From: Candidatus Borrarchaeum weybense | GTDB taxonomy: Archaea > Asgardarchaeota > Sifarchaeia > Borrarchaeales > Borrarchaeaceae | Direction: 5' to 3' | Assembly: GCA_019057385.1 (NCBI GenBank) | Contig: JAHQJS010000007.1 | Location: forward strand, 480,001 to 544,000 | DNA length: 64,000 nucleotides | Shown: positions 10,426 to 21,143 of the stretch, in pieces | Layout: every line of letters begins with the position of its first letter | Numbering within the stretch: position 1 is the first letter of the stretch | The notes under the pieces: model-generated | What the model saw: only the letters and a program-made list of their open reading frames with translations | What the model was told of the DNA's origin: nothing | Database searches by the model: none | Translations under genes and position numbers: made by a program

Positions 10426-11625
10426 ATGTTGAGAATTTGCATGAATGGAATGATATCACTGCCGATTCCTCCAAAATTTGGTGGAGGAACTGAGCAAATG
10501 ATATACGATTTAGCAAAGTATCTTTCTCAAAAAGACCTTGAAATTCATATAGTTGTAAGTCAGAAAAATAAAAAGATCATACAAGATAAGCAAATTTTCT
10601 CATATCATGGAATTCCTTATAATAAAGATACTTTTCATTTTCCTAAGGCTTGTTTACAATATCCAATTACATTTCCAAGTTTTTTACTTTTGGATGCAAA
10701 ATATAATTTCGATTTATTTCATATTTTTCATGGATGGTCTCCTTTGTGTATGAAATTAACAGCCAAAATGAGATCAAAACCTTATGTTTTTTCAGAATTT
10801 AATCATTATCCATGGCTGCAATTAGGAGATGCCGCAAAACTACATATCAAAATAGCTTCAATGATTTCAAAATCTGCTGCAGCGGTCATAACGCCAAGCG
10901 AGATCATTCGGCAGAAAATCATCGAGAATGTAAAAGGGATTAATCCAAATACGGTCAAAATGATTCCCCATGCTATCGATACTATGAAGTTTAATCCGAC
11001 GATTAATGGAAATATTATAAGAGAACGATTTAAAATAAACGATAAACCTCTAATACTTTCTGTTGGAAGACTTGACCCACATAAAGGAGCGAAAAATATC
11101 ATTATGGCATTTAAATCTGTTAAGAAAGTTATTCCTGATGCGATTTTAATGTTTGTTGGACCAAAATTGGAGAGTTTTCATCATACTTTCGAATGCAAAC
11201 ATTCAAAGTTCTATATCTATTTATCCAAATTAATTTCCAAGAATAAACTATCGGATAGTATTATTTTTACTGGTGTTGTTCCGAGACAAGAACTTCCCTA
11301 TTATTTTGCAGCTTCAGACATTTTTGTGTTGCCTTCAAAAATGGAAGCATTCGGAGTTGTTTTTATTGAAGCAATGTCTTCAGGTAAACCCGTTGTTACA
11401 AGTAATCTTCCTCCGATGAACACTCTTATTGATGATGCGAGTGGCATATTGATTAATCCCGATGACTATGATCAATTATCAAAATCAATTATATATCTAC
11501 TAAATGAACCCAAATTAGCTAAAAAGAAGGGAATGGCGGGAAGGGCTAAAGTTGAGAAAATATATAATTGGGATTTTGTTTCTGAACAATATCTTGAAAT
11601 CTATAAAGAAATATCCAATAAATAA
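10426..11625 (+). CDS. GT4 glycosyltransferase
   Basis: VGRLDPHKG; EAFGVVFIEAMSSGKP; paralogue of 8011..9222 (shared SE.NHYPWL). Confidence 0.92.
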   Translation: MLRICMNGMISLPIPPKFGGGTEQMIYDLAKYLSQKDLEIHIVVSQKNKKIIQDKQIFSYHGIPYNKDTFHFPKACLQYPITFPSFLLLDAKYNFDLFHIFHGWSPLCMKLTAKMRSKPYVFSEFNHYPWLQLGDAAKLHIKIASMISKSAAAVITPSEIIRQKIIENVKGINPNTVKMIPHAIDTMKFNPTINGNIIRERFKINDKPLILSVGRLDPHKGAKNIIMAFKSVKKVIPDAILMFVGPKLESFHHTFECKHSKFYIYLSKLISKNKLSDSIIFTGVVPRQELPYYFAASDIFVLPSKMEAFGVVFIEAMSSGKPVVTSNLPPMNTLIDDASGILINPDDYDQLSKSIIYLLNEPKLAKKKGMAGRAKVEKIYNWDFVSEQYLEIYKEISNK

Positions 11626-11704
11626 GTTCAGAAGTTCACTTAAGCGGATTCTGATTATTTAAGGGACGCAGAAGATTATTAATTAAAAATAGACAACAAT
11701 TTTG

Positions 11705-12883
11705 TTATTTTAGAAGTGAAATAAAAAGTGCTTCATATTTTCGTGAAATATTTCTCCAATCATATTTTTGAACGAATTCCAAAGCATTCTGGGCAATTTT
11801 ATATTTTAAATTCTCATCCTTCCATAAATCTTCTACGATTTTTAAAATAGAAATAGGATTTAAGTCAGTTAAAAATCCATTTTCAGAATTTTTAATTAAT
11901 TCTTCGAAGGCAGGCAGTTCTGACGCAATTACCGGCTTTCCAGCAGCCATTGCCTCAAGGATTGGCAATCCAAATGTTTCTTTTCTTGAAGGAAATATGC
12001 AAATATCTCCACCTTTATATAAAGGAATAATATCATGCAAAGGCAGTTTTCCGTATAGAAATATGTCTAATTTTCTGAGTTTACTTACTTTTTGCCTACT
12101 AAGACAATGATGACCCACAAGATGTAATTCAGCTTCAGGAAATTTCATTTTGATTTTTTGAAATGCGATTAGTAATATATCTATGCCTTTTCTCTTTTCA
12201 AAATAGCCAACATTTACGATTGATGGTTTTCCATTCAATAATATAGTTTTAGATTCTTTAAAACTTCTAATATCAACACCATTTGGAATAGTAACCATTT
12301 TTTTCGATATAAACCCTTCTCTTTTTAAATTATCTAATAGGAATTTACTGGGAGCCACAACAGCATCTAAATATCTCCATGCAACACGAAAAGCGAATAA
12401 TCTCAATCTTTTTAAAATGGATGAGAATTTTTTTCTTTTTAAGGCAAAATTTGTGCTTAATACAGGCGTATCGTGGCAGGTATAGATTATGTATACTGAA
12501 CGAAAAATCTTAGCTAAGACAGGATATAAAAAAGATAGATCTGAAAAACCAAAAGCATGAAAATGAATAATTTCGTAATCTTTCGACAAAATAAGTTTAA
12601 GATTTTTCGGGATGTTTCTTAATGTTTTTAAAATTAAGTTTTTGATATCGGTAGGGCAGAGAGCATACATTGATTTTGTATAAATTGGTATTAGTTCAAC
12701 ATTTTTCAATTTTGTTTTTTCTAGAATTGGTTTCAACTTTTTTCTTGTGTTTGTAGGGATGTTCATTAGGACTGTTATTTTATGCCCTAATTCGCCCAAC
12801 TGCTTAACAAGATTATATGTAACAGTTGCAATACCTCCAATTGCGAAAGGAGCAACGGTTGTATTGCATACTAGAATTTTCAT
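11705..12883 (-). CDS. GT4 glycosyltransferase
   Basis: IPNGVD; ETFGLPILEAMAAGKP. Confidence 0.92.
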   Translation of the reverse strand: MKILVCNTTVAPFAIGGIATVTYNLVKQLGELGHKITVLMNIPTNTRKKLKPILEKTKLKNVELIPIYTKSMYALCPTDIKNLILKTLRNIPKNLKLILSKDYEIIHFHAFGFSDLSFLYPVLAKIFRSVYIIYTCHDTPVLSTNFALKRKKFSSILKRLRLFAFRVAWRYLDAVVAPSKFLLDNLKREGFISKKMVTIPNGVDIRSFKESKTILLNGKPSIVNVGYFEKRKGIDILLIAFQKIKMKFPEAELHLVGHHCLSRQKVSKLRKLDIFLYGKLPLHDIIPLYKGGDICIFPSRKETFGLPILEAMAAGKPVIASELPAFEELIKNSENGFLTDLNPISILKIVEDLWKDENLKYKIAQNALEFVQKYDWRNISRKYEALFISLLK

Positions 12884-13032
12884 GTTTATCCTCTTTAAAG
12901 AATTAACAAATATTCTTCATGGAACTTAGTTAAAAAATATCGACTAAAAATGGTTTGTTCTTTTTCTTAAAAGCAATATGATTTTAAATATGATGGCTTC
13001 TTCTGATTTTCAAAAAGGAAGTAAGATTTTTA

Positions 13033-14541
13033 ATGACAGAAGAATCAGCAGTTGATATTTTAGACGATTTAAATAAATTTGGGACTAAAATATCTCGCTT
13101 TTCTTCAATAATTTTAATAACCAGATTTTTTATATACGTTGAGTCTTTTATTGCACTTAAAATCTTTTCTAATGTACTATCAACAACTGAATATGGTTTT
13201 TATTCATTTAGTATAGTTTTTGCTAACACATTTGTTCTCATATTTACTTCTTTTTTTACTGATGGTATTTCTAGATATGTGATAAGTTATGAGGAAAGTA
13301 ACGAGTACAAGAAAACCCGTGACATTATATTTACTGGTTTAATTTTTCTTTTTTTTCTTGAATTAGCTGCTTGGTCGATAGTTATTGTTTTGAACTTTCT
13401 CAACATTAGAGTATTTAATCATCCTCAATATCTTGCTCTTTTAATTGCTATATCTCTCTTTGGACTAATAAGTTCATTAAACGCAATTTTTTCTAATGTT
13501 ATTAAAGCTCGTCAAATGTTAAGATGGTATATTGCCTTTGAACTTTTATCAGTATTTTTAGGTCTTATTGTGGGACTTGTTTTTGTGTTCATGTTTGCAA
13601 TGAGAGAGCTAGGAATTTTTATTGGGTTGATAATTGGTAATTTTTGTTCATTCCTTGCTTTTCTTATTTATTTTTTGTTAAAATCTGGGTCAGGCAGTAT
13701 TTCTATAGACCAATTAAGAAAAATTACAAAATTTGGAATTCCAAGCGTGAGCATGTTAATTGTTGGATCCATTCATGATTTTATAATGAATTATATAATT
13801 CTCTTGTTTGTTTCTGCAGAATCAGTTGCCTTTTTTGCAATTGGGAGTACAGTTGCTGGTCTTTTCAATCTTCCCTTTATTGGATTACAGGCTGCATTTC
13901 CAGTGATAGTTACTCAAATGTGGGAACAAAAGAAAGAAGAGCAGTTAAAAGTTTTTACTGCAAAATTGGTTCGATTGTTAATTGCATTGGGTTTCCTCGT
14001 TGTTATACTCCTTTATGCAGTATCACCTTTCTTAATTGTATTTGTAAGCAACGTAAACTACTTACCAGCTTTGATTATTATCCCATTTTATCTCCCTGCG
14101 CTTTTTTTTGGACTTATAACAACTATAATTAATACTTCCTGTTATGTTAGGGAAAGAATGGAAATCGTTGCTAAGTCATACATAATTGCACATCTTTCTT
14201 CGATGGTTTTTTTCGTATTAATTCCTTTCTTGGAATTAGTTGGCGCTGGTATCGCTGCTGTAGCATTTAGCATAATATACTTAGGATTGTCCTATAAGAA
14301 TACAAAAGAACTTTTTCAAATAAAATATGAAACAGCCAAGATTCTTTGGACAATCTTTTCCGGTCTTTTATGTGTAGGATGTTATTTAATATTAGAATAT
14401 CTTTTCATATTTAATTCTATATTAAATATTATCATTTCTTTGACTCTCTATGTCATTCTCATAATATTTTCAAAAGCTGTTGAAATTATTGAGATTAAAT
14501 TTATTACTAAGACATTATTTAGAATGATAAAATCTTCTTAG
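13033..14541 (+). CDS. Oligosaccharide flippase (Wzx/MOP family)
   Basis: Numerous TM helices; LSTTEYGFYS motif; located in a glycan locus. Confidence 0.85.
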   Translation: MTEESAVDILDDLNKFGTKISRFSSIILITRFFIYVESFIALKIFSNVLSTTEYGFYSFSIVFANTFVLIFTSFFTDGISRYVISYEESNEYKKTRDIIFTGLIFLFFLELAAWSIVIVLNFLNIRVFNHPQYLALLIAISLFGLISSLNAIFSNVIKARQMLRWYIAFELLSVFLGLIVGLVFVFMFAMRELGIFIGLIIGNFCSFLAFLIYFLLKSGSGSISIDQLRKITKFGIPSVSMLIVGSIHDFIMNYIILLFVSAESVAFFAIGSTVAGLFNLPFIGLQAAFPVIVTQMWEQKKEEQLKVFTAKLVRLLIALGFLVVILLYAVSPFLIVFVSNVNYLPALIIIPFYLPALFFGLITTIINTSCYVRERMEIVAKSYIIAHLSSMVFFVLIPFLELVGAGIAAVAFSIIYLGLSYKNTKELFQIKYETAKILWTIFSGLLCVGCYLILEYLFIFNSILNIIISLTLYVILIIFSKAVEIIEIKFITKTLFRMIKSS

Positions 14542-14582
14542 TTGCTTCAAGTTTGAACTCAATTGAGTAGTAATTCAAGCAA

Positions 14583-15938
14583 CTAGCAGCGAAATGATTG
14601 AATAATTTCTCTTACTCGGGCAATAATTTTTCTAGGAAAGATTTTAGGCCTTCCAAGGGAATATTTTGACTTCTTAGGAAATAAAAAATTCAGTTTAAAC
14701 TTGTTTTCCTTTTCTTGAATGACTGAAATGTTTTCTTGCGTTTCAATTAGAATAAAGTTATTCTTACACCTCGATATAAGAGTGGGAAATGATTTCTCAG
14801 TTATTTTTTCAAACTCAGGGATTTTTCTAGACAGCATAGAAAATAATCTGAAAACCATTGTATTCCAACCTGCGACATGAAGGTTATCTTTCCAGTTCGT
14901 TTCATATTCTGTAGTACTTTTTTCTTTATTCTTAAAGTTTATTCCGATAGATGTTCTAAATCCTCCATTGTAATCCAGACCACGTTTAATAAATTCAATG
15001 TGTTTTGAAACACTAAACTTTCCACCAAATTCGTTTAATAATAATAATGCTCTAACAACTTCTGCTGAGCCTGCAATCCAAATAGGATATTTTGACTTAA
15101 TCCATTTATTTTCTACAAATGAAAAATCGTGAGCAAAGCCGCCTTCTCGAAGTGCCATTTTTTCTAAGAACTTCCCTACCAACATTGCGGCATCTAAGTA
15201 ACGTTCATCGGTTATTGATCGGTAAAGCAATATCAAGGCAGGAATACATCTTGCATTATAGAAACTCATAACAAATGGCGTCTTGCTATTTGCACTTTGG
15301 TAGATCCCACCAAAAATCGGTTCATTTTCATTAAGAATTTGTTGAGTTAGTATAAAATCCCCTGCGGGGATGACAAATCTTCGAAGTAAATTTGCATTAC
15401 TGGAAAGCTCATAATGTTTAATCAATGCTTCAATCGTTGTTGCGATTTTATTAGGCACAAAGAAGTCTGTTCTTGTAGAATTTTTAAACGCCTTAACGCT
15501 TTTGTCAAATAATCGACTTAAGTGAAATGTTTTCAAATTTCTATCAGCAACAAAGAAATACTTCTTCCACTTTTTCCTCTCTGTTTTCAAGATTTTTGCC
15601 AACTCAAGTAAACCAATATCTACTGCAGCTTCGTGAGGTGTCCCTCCGCAGCCTGGATTTGCCTCAAATTTTGAATTTCGAAAAGATGAATTCCTAAGTT
15701 GACTTACAATGATGTCTTGAGCAACATTTTCAGCCTTTCTTAACCAGATCGTCGTATCTGATTTTTTAAAAAATGTAATGAGCCCTGTCAACAATCCTTC
15801 ATATCTCCAATCTATTCCAGGTCCAATGTATTCCAAACTATCTTTCCAATAATGGACTACTGGCCCACCATAACCGCCTTTTTGATACATTGTTTCAAGC
15901 CATGCTAAATTGCTGGTCAATATGTCAGAGTAATCCAT
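14583..15938 (-). CDS. Hypothetical protein, probable alpha/alpha-toroid (glycosidase/epimerase-like) fold
   Basis: Repeated helical units ending in Q...G.F/Y; ERYLDAA motif. Confidence 0.55.
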   Translation of the reverse strand: MDYSDILTSNLAWLETMYQKGGYGGPVVHYWKDSLEYIGPGIDWRYEGLLTGLITFFKKSDTTIWLRKAENVAQDIIVSQLRNSSFRNSKFEANPGCGGTPHEAAVDIGLLELAKILKTERKKWKKYFFVADRNLKTFHLSRLFDKSVKAFKNSTRTDFFVPNKIATTIEALIKHYELSSNANLLRRFVIPAGDFILTQQILNENEPIFGGIYQSANSKTPFVMSFYNARCIPALILLYRSITDERYLDAAMLVGKFLEKMALREGGFAHDFSFVENKWIKSKYPIWIAGSAEVVRALLLLNEFGGKFSVSKHIEFIKRGLDYNGGFRTSIGINFKNKEKSTTEYETNWKDNLHVAGWNTMVFRLFSMLSRKIPEFEKITEKSFPTLISRCKNNFILIETQENISVIQEKENKFKLNFLFPKKSKYSLGRPKIFPRKIIARVREIIQSFRC

Positions 15939-16056
15939 CTAGATTCCTCGAATTTTTTGATACTAGCATTTGACGATACCTTGAAGTTCTAGGATTGCCA
16001 TGAGATTAATAATTAAAGTATTGAAACTTTTCTGATTTATTATAAAACAAATCCGT

Positions 16057-17652
16057 CTAAATTATTGAGTTATTAGGAAAGATACGTTTAATCGTCCCTT
16101 TTACTTTCAACAAGCGTAATAATAAATTGAGATTACCCTTTTGAAGTATTGTACTTATAATATCCCCCATTTTTTCAAATGAAATAATACCGGCCTTTTT
16201 TATTCTGCTAATACCTTCAAGTCGTATTTGATTTAAAAATAAACTAACACGATCTGCTAATTGTTTGGACTTAAACTCTGTTGTCTTAATCATTGGCTTT
16301 GGATTATAGAAATTATCAGCAAGTAAATAGTTTTTTGGTGTTGGATCAAAGGCAAAGAGGTTATTTTCTTTACACTCTGTGAATAAACGGGTACCATGTA
16401 AGGGTATTGCATAGTTCATGTATATTGAAACGTTATATTTTCTTTTTAGATAAGAGGCAAAATCAAAGGTTCTTTTCATAGTTTTCTCTGTCTCCCCAGG
16501 CAACCCTGTGACATAAAAGGCAGAAAGTTTCATGTTTAATTCATTACAAATCTTTGCCACTTTAATTACTTGCTGCAGGTTCAGTTTCTTTCCAATTACA
16601 TTATTTAAAACATTTTGATCTCCAGATTCAACACCGATGATAAGTTCTTTGCATCCAGCTAGTTTCATCTTTCTCAAGATTTCTCTATCTAAAGTATCTG
16701 CCCTTACTCCGTTTGGAGTTGTCCAAATAATGTCCATTCTTTCAGAAATAATTCCATCAAGAATTCTGTGAATTCTTCTCTTATTGAACGTAAGATTGTC
16801 ATCTTCAAATTGAATTTCTTCAATTCCATAATTTTTTATTAGAATTCTTAATTCTTCTAGAACGTTTTCAGGACTTCTGGCCCTCCATTTTCTACCCCAG
16901 AATGACGGGATAGCACAAAAGAAACAATTAAATGGACATCCTCGACTAGTAACTACACTCATCCATTTGTATTTAATAGCTTTTCTTGAGGAGAGATTTA
17001 CTGGTTTTCCATTAATGTTACGAAGTTTAGTTTTTCCTTTACTTGTTGCATTAAAATAGTTTTCCAGATTTAAAAGATCAATCGCTGGAAAAGGTAGTGT
17101 ATCTAAATTCTCTATATATCCTTTTATTTCATTAACACGTATCTGTCCATTCACATCTTTGTAAACTAATCCATCAATATTGAGGAATCTATTATCTTTC
17201 TTTAAAGATTTAATTAAATCAAGAAATCGAAATTCCCCTTCACCCATTATAACGAAATCAACATTTGGATCAATTATTGATTCTTTAGGCATGCTAGCGG
17301 CAAAAGATCCTCCCAAGATCGTTTTTATATTGGGATCAACTGATTTGACTAATTGTGCTACTTTATGAGCATTTGGGGATTGAGTAACAAAAGGATCAGA
17401 GATTCCTACAATATCGGGTGAGTATTTCAAAATAATCTTTGTGATTTTTTCCCATGATTCGCCAAAATGAATTAAATTATCGCCTAAATAATTGGAATGT
17501 AAGAAATTCGAAGCCAGAGCATCATATATCTTAATATCGTAGCCATTTTTTTGTAAAACACCTCCGATGTATGCTAAACCTATCGGCCAACCGATTTGTG
17601 GCAGTTGAGGATAGACAAGTGTGTGTGGAGGATTAATTAGCATGACTTTCAA
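16057..17652 (-). CDS. B12-binding radical SAM enzyme
   Basis: N-terminal cobalamin-binding domain (PIGLAYIG, LGG, GEGE); TSRGCPFNCFFC; GVESG. Confidence 0.92.
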   Translation of the reverse strand: MKVMLINPPHTLVYPQLPQIGWPIGLAYIGGVLQKNGYDIKIYDALASNFLHSNYLGDNLIHFGESWEKITKIILKYSPDIVGISDPFVTQSPNAHKVAQLVKSVDPNIKTILGGSFAASMPKESIIDPNVDFVIMGEGEFRFLDLIKSLKKDNRFLNIDGLVYKDVNGQIRVNEIKGYIENLDTLPFPAIDLLNLENYFNATSKGKTKLRNINGKPVNLSSRKAIKYKWMSVVTSRGCPFNCFFCAIPSFWGRKWRARSPENVLEELRILIKNYGIEEIQFEDDNLTFNKRRIHRILDGIISERMDIIWTTPNGVRADTLDREILRKMKLAGCKELIIGVESGDQNVLNNVIGKKLNLQQVIKVAKICNELNMKLSAFYVTGLPGETEKTMKRTFDFASYLKRKYNVSIYMNYAIPLHGTRLFTECKENNLFAFDPTPKNYLLADNFYNPKPMIKTTEFKSKQLADRVSLFLNQIRLEGISRIKKAGIISFEKMGDIISTILQKGNLNLLLRLLKVKGTIKRIFPNNSII

Positions 17653-17740
17653 AGAAATTCATCCATTTCAAATTATAAACCCTTTAAACTCATTACTGAA
17701 TAAAAGAAATTATATTGAATAATAGACATTACCATTCAAA

Positions 17741-18742
17741 CTAGGACACTTTATTAACTGGCATATTCTTTTCGGAAGATAACATAATCATCTTAGCAAC
17801 TTCCAGGTTCTTCAGTCCCTCATTTCCATCAGTAAGCGGAGTTTTATTTGATATAATGCAATTTAGAAAATGCTCTAGTTCAAGTTTGAGCGGTTCATTT
17901 TTTGCAACGAACGGTCTTCCAATGATTGTGTTGCTATATTTAAGAATCTGATTCTTAGATGCCTTATGACCTTCTTTTTCAAGATTCCCATATATCGTGA
18001 TGTCTTGATTAATGAAGTCAATTTCTGCATATCCTTTTGTTCCTGTAATGTGCATTGTGCGTATTTGAGTTGGAGTAAATAAATTAGATTCAATGATGCC
18101 TGATACTCCATTCTCAAACTCTAATATAGCGGACACATAATCCTCAAGTTCTGAAAGTATTGATTTAGTCTTAGAGTAGACTGATTTGACTTCATGTTCT
18201 ACTAAGAATCTCATAACGTCTATATCATGAATAGAAAAGTCTACCACAACATCAAAAATAGCCCTCTGTCCAGGCTTATAGTAGCCAACTCTTTTTGAAG
18301 AAAGAGATACTATTTCACCTAAAAAATCCTCTGTTAATAACTCTTTTAGTTTAAGAACTGCTGGATTGAAACGTTCAATATGTCCTACCATCAAGAGTAT
18401 GCCATTTCTTTTACTTAACTCAATCATATTTTTTGCTTGTTCTAGATTTGATGAAATGGGTTTTTCTACAAGAACGTGTTTTTTCGAATTCAATATGTTC
18501 TTACAGATCTCATAATGAGTTGATGTCGGTGCTGAGACACTTATAGCATCAACCTCTTCTTCTTGTAGCAACTGTAGATAGTTTGAATACCAATTTATAT
18601 TGAACTTTTTGCCAATTTCTTTTGCCTTTTGAGAATCTATATCTGCTATTGCAACTAATTCTGAGTCTTTAAGTTCACTATATAGCCTAACATGATTCTT
18701 ACCCATGCTACCTACGCCTACTACTGCAGTCTTAACCTTCAG
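17741..18742 (-). CDS. Gfo/Idh/MocA oxidoreductase (UDP-GlcNAc 3-dehydrogenase-like)
   Basis: EKP; GHIERFNPA; HDID. The Rossmann motif GVGSMG needs the start extended to CTG at 18742, which follows a GGAGG RBS. Confidence 0.88.
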   Translation of the reverse strand: MKVKTAVVGVGSMGKNHVRLYSELKDSELVAIADIDSQKAKEIGKKFNINWYSNYLQLLQEEEVDAISVSAPTSTHYEICKNILNSKKHVLVEKPISSNLEQAKNMIELSKRNGILLMVGHIERFNPAVLKLKELLTEDFLGEIVSLSSKRVGYYKPGQRAIFDVVVDFSIHDIDVMRFLVEHEVKSVYSKTKSILSELEDYVSAILEFENGVSGIIESNLFTPTQIRTMHITGTKGYAEIDFINQDITIYGNLEKEGHKASKNQILKYSNTIIGRPFVAKNEPLKLELEHFLNCIISNKTPLTDGNEGLKNLEVAKMIMLSSEKNMPVNKVS

Positions 18743-18834
18743 AGCCCTTCCTCCAGTTTTACTTTCTTGATAAATTGTAGATCGTCTAGGTTATTTTAAT
18801 ACAATAAGGAGTTGGATCTAATAAAAAACCAAAA

Positions 18835-19770
18835 TTAGAATCTTTTAGATAGATAATTAACTTCATCCTTAATTCCATCTTTTATATGGACAGTGGGGTT
18901 ATATCCAAGCATTTCTCTAATCTTAGAAATATTTGCTATTCTCTGTTGCACAATATTTTGGGCTTTTCTATACTCTGGCTGAATGTCTATTCCAGTGATG
19001 TCCTTAAGAAGGTTCAATAGTTCTTTGATTGAAAGTGAAGTTTGACTTCCCACATTGAATACCTCATTATAGATATCACTTTCCATTCCCAAAATATTTG
19101 CCTGCACCACATCAAATACATGTACAAAATCAATTGATTGTGAACCATCTCCAAATAGAACAGGCTTTGTCCTTGTTAACAATTTCTTGAAAAACTCAAC
19201 GATTACTGGCTTATAGTACTCATCTGACGTTTGTCGGATTCCATACACGGTAAAATTTCGGAAAATGATATATTTCAGACCAGATTGAGAAAAAAATCTG
19301 AAATAATATTCACTAGCAAGTTTGCTTATGCTGTAAAGCGTAATTGGATTAAGAGGATGTTGTTCATCTATTGGTTGATAAATAGGGATACCATAAACTG
19401 TAGCCGAAGATGAAAACATCACTTTTTCAACGGTGGCTTCTAATGATGCTTTTATAACGTTTAGTGTACCTTGAAGATTGCATGAAACACTTGCATCTGG
19501 AAAAGCATTACAGTAGTTTGCACAAACCGCAACTTCGTGAAAGACATATTGACTATCTTTAATTACATCCTTTAGAAGATCAAATTCAAGAATATCTCCA
19601 TTGACAATTGTAATTTTATCCTCTACGTTTTTTAAATTTTCTCTTCGGCCACGTGAGAAATTATCATAAACAAATACATCATAACCTCTATTAACAAGTT
19701 CTTCAACTAAATGAGAGCCGATAAATCCTGCTCCACCTGTAACGACAACTTTCTTCGATGACGAACTCAT
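18835..19770 (-). CDS. NAD-dependent epimerase/dehydratase (GalE-like SDR)
   Basis: TGGAGFIG; YSISK. Confidence 0.9.
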   Translation of the reverse strand: MSSSSKKVVVTGGAGFIGSHLVEELVNRGYDVFVYDNFSRGRRENLKNVEDKITIVNGDILEFDLLKDVIKDSQYVFHEVAVCANYCNAFPDASVSCNLQGTLNVIKASLEATVEKVMFSSSATVYGIPIYQPIDEQHPLNPITLYSISKLASEYYFRFFSQSGLKYIIFRNFTVYGIRQTSDEYYKPVIVEFFKKLLTRTKPVLFGDGSQSIDFVHVFDVVQANILGMESDIYNEVFNVGSQTSLSIKELLNLLKDITGIDIQPEYRKAQNIVQQRIANISKIREMLGYNPTVHIKDGIKDEVNYLSKRF

Positions 19771-19792
19771 AGGTTTTTCATTCCCTTCAATA

Positions 19793-20983
19793 TTATTGAT
19801 TCTTTTGTATATTCTTTAAAGCATTTGCAACGAATTCAACTTGGTCTAATGTCATATGGTGAAAGAGAGGAAGAGTCAAACTGTTTCTGAAAGCTATAGA
19901 AGAGTTTATTAGGTTTTTCGGATTGAAATTTAAACGTTTGTAGCATGGTTGTAAGTGGAGAGAATATGTACCAATTTGTGATTCAATACCCCTTTGAGCC
20001 ATTAATTCAATCACTTTATCTCTATTAACTCCAAATTTTTCATCTAATAGTATAACATAGGATTGATATGTATGTGTTACATGAGGTTCAATATGGGGAG
20101 GAATTATCCCTTCTACATCTGAAAGCAATTCTGTATAGACTTTAGATATCTCTTTTCTCTTTTCAAGGATTTTATCAATTTTCTTAAGCTGTATACGACC
20201 GATTGCCGCAAGAACATCACTTAATCTGTAATTGAAGCCAGGATGAGTAAAATATACTTTGTTAGATACAATGCGGATACCAAAATCTTTCATTGAATGT
20301 GCGATCTTTACATATTCATCATTATCAGTAACGAGCATGCCACCTTCCCCGGTAGTCAGAAGTTTTCTGGCATGAAAACTGAAACAGCCAATATCACCGA
20401 AAGTTCCTGCTTTCTTTCCCTTGTAAAGCGTTCCAATTGCACATGCTGCATCTTCGATTATGGATAAGTCATATTTCTCTGCAATTTCCAAAATTGTTGA
20501 CATTTCAGCTGGATAACCAAATAAATGGACAACAATAATGGATTTTGTATTTTCAGTAATCGCATCTTCTAATTTAGCTGGATCTAGATTGAATGTCTTA
20601 AGATCAATATCAACTAAGATTGGTTTTGCTCCCACATGAAATACTACATGACCTGTTGCAGGATATGTGAAGTCAGGCACAATAACCTCATCGCCGGGGC
20701 CTATTCCAAGACAAACTAAGGCAAGATGTAAAGCTGTGGTACATGATGAAACAGCAGAAGCATGTTTAATTCCTAGATATTCTGTAAATTCACTCTCAAA
20801 TAATTTGGCTGTAGGTCCTTTTGCGAGATATCCACTCTGGAAAACTTTCCAAACTGCTTCAAGTTCTTCCTTATCAATGAATGGTCGAATTAATGGAATT
20901 TTTTTGGTCTTATTCTTTTCTGTGGCACTAATTTCCTTCAAAATTTCCTCTTCAAAATCTGTAGTCTTCATATAATCTACCAC
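19793..20983 (-). CDS. DegT/DnrJ/EryC1/StrS PLP aminotransferase
   Basis: EDAAC; SFHARKLLTTGEGG; GFNYRL. Confidence 0.92.
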   Translation of the reverse strand: MVDYMKTTDFEEEILKEISATEKNKTKKIPLIRPFIDKEELEAVWKVFQSGYLAKGPTAKLFESEFTEYLGIKHASAVSSCTTALHLALVCLGIGPGDEVIVPDFTYPATGHVVFHVGAKPILVDIDLKTFNLDPAKLEDAITENTKSIIVVHLFGYPAEMSTILEIAEKYDLSIIEDAACAIGTLYKGKKAGTFGDIGCFSFHARKLLTTGEGGMLVTDNDEYVKIAHSMKDFGIRIVSNKVYFTHPGFNYRLSDVLAAIGRIQLKKIDKILEKRKEISKVYTELLSDVEGIIPPHIEPHVTHTYQSYVILLDEKFGVNRDKVIELMAQRGIESQIGTYSLHLQPCYKRLNFNPKNLINSSIAFRNSLTLPLFHHMTLDQVEFVANALKNIQKNQ

Positions 20984-21143
20984 ATTCGTAAATTATGTTA
21001 TCAGTTCATTCCAGTCTGTATGAAATATATAAAATATTGATCATAGACTTGCTCTTTTACTTATTATTTAAGCACGAATTTCTCTTTTTAATATACTATG
21101 AAATCACTTAGTTTATGGAAATCAAAGATTAAATGGGGTACTT

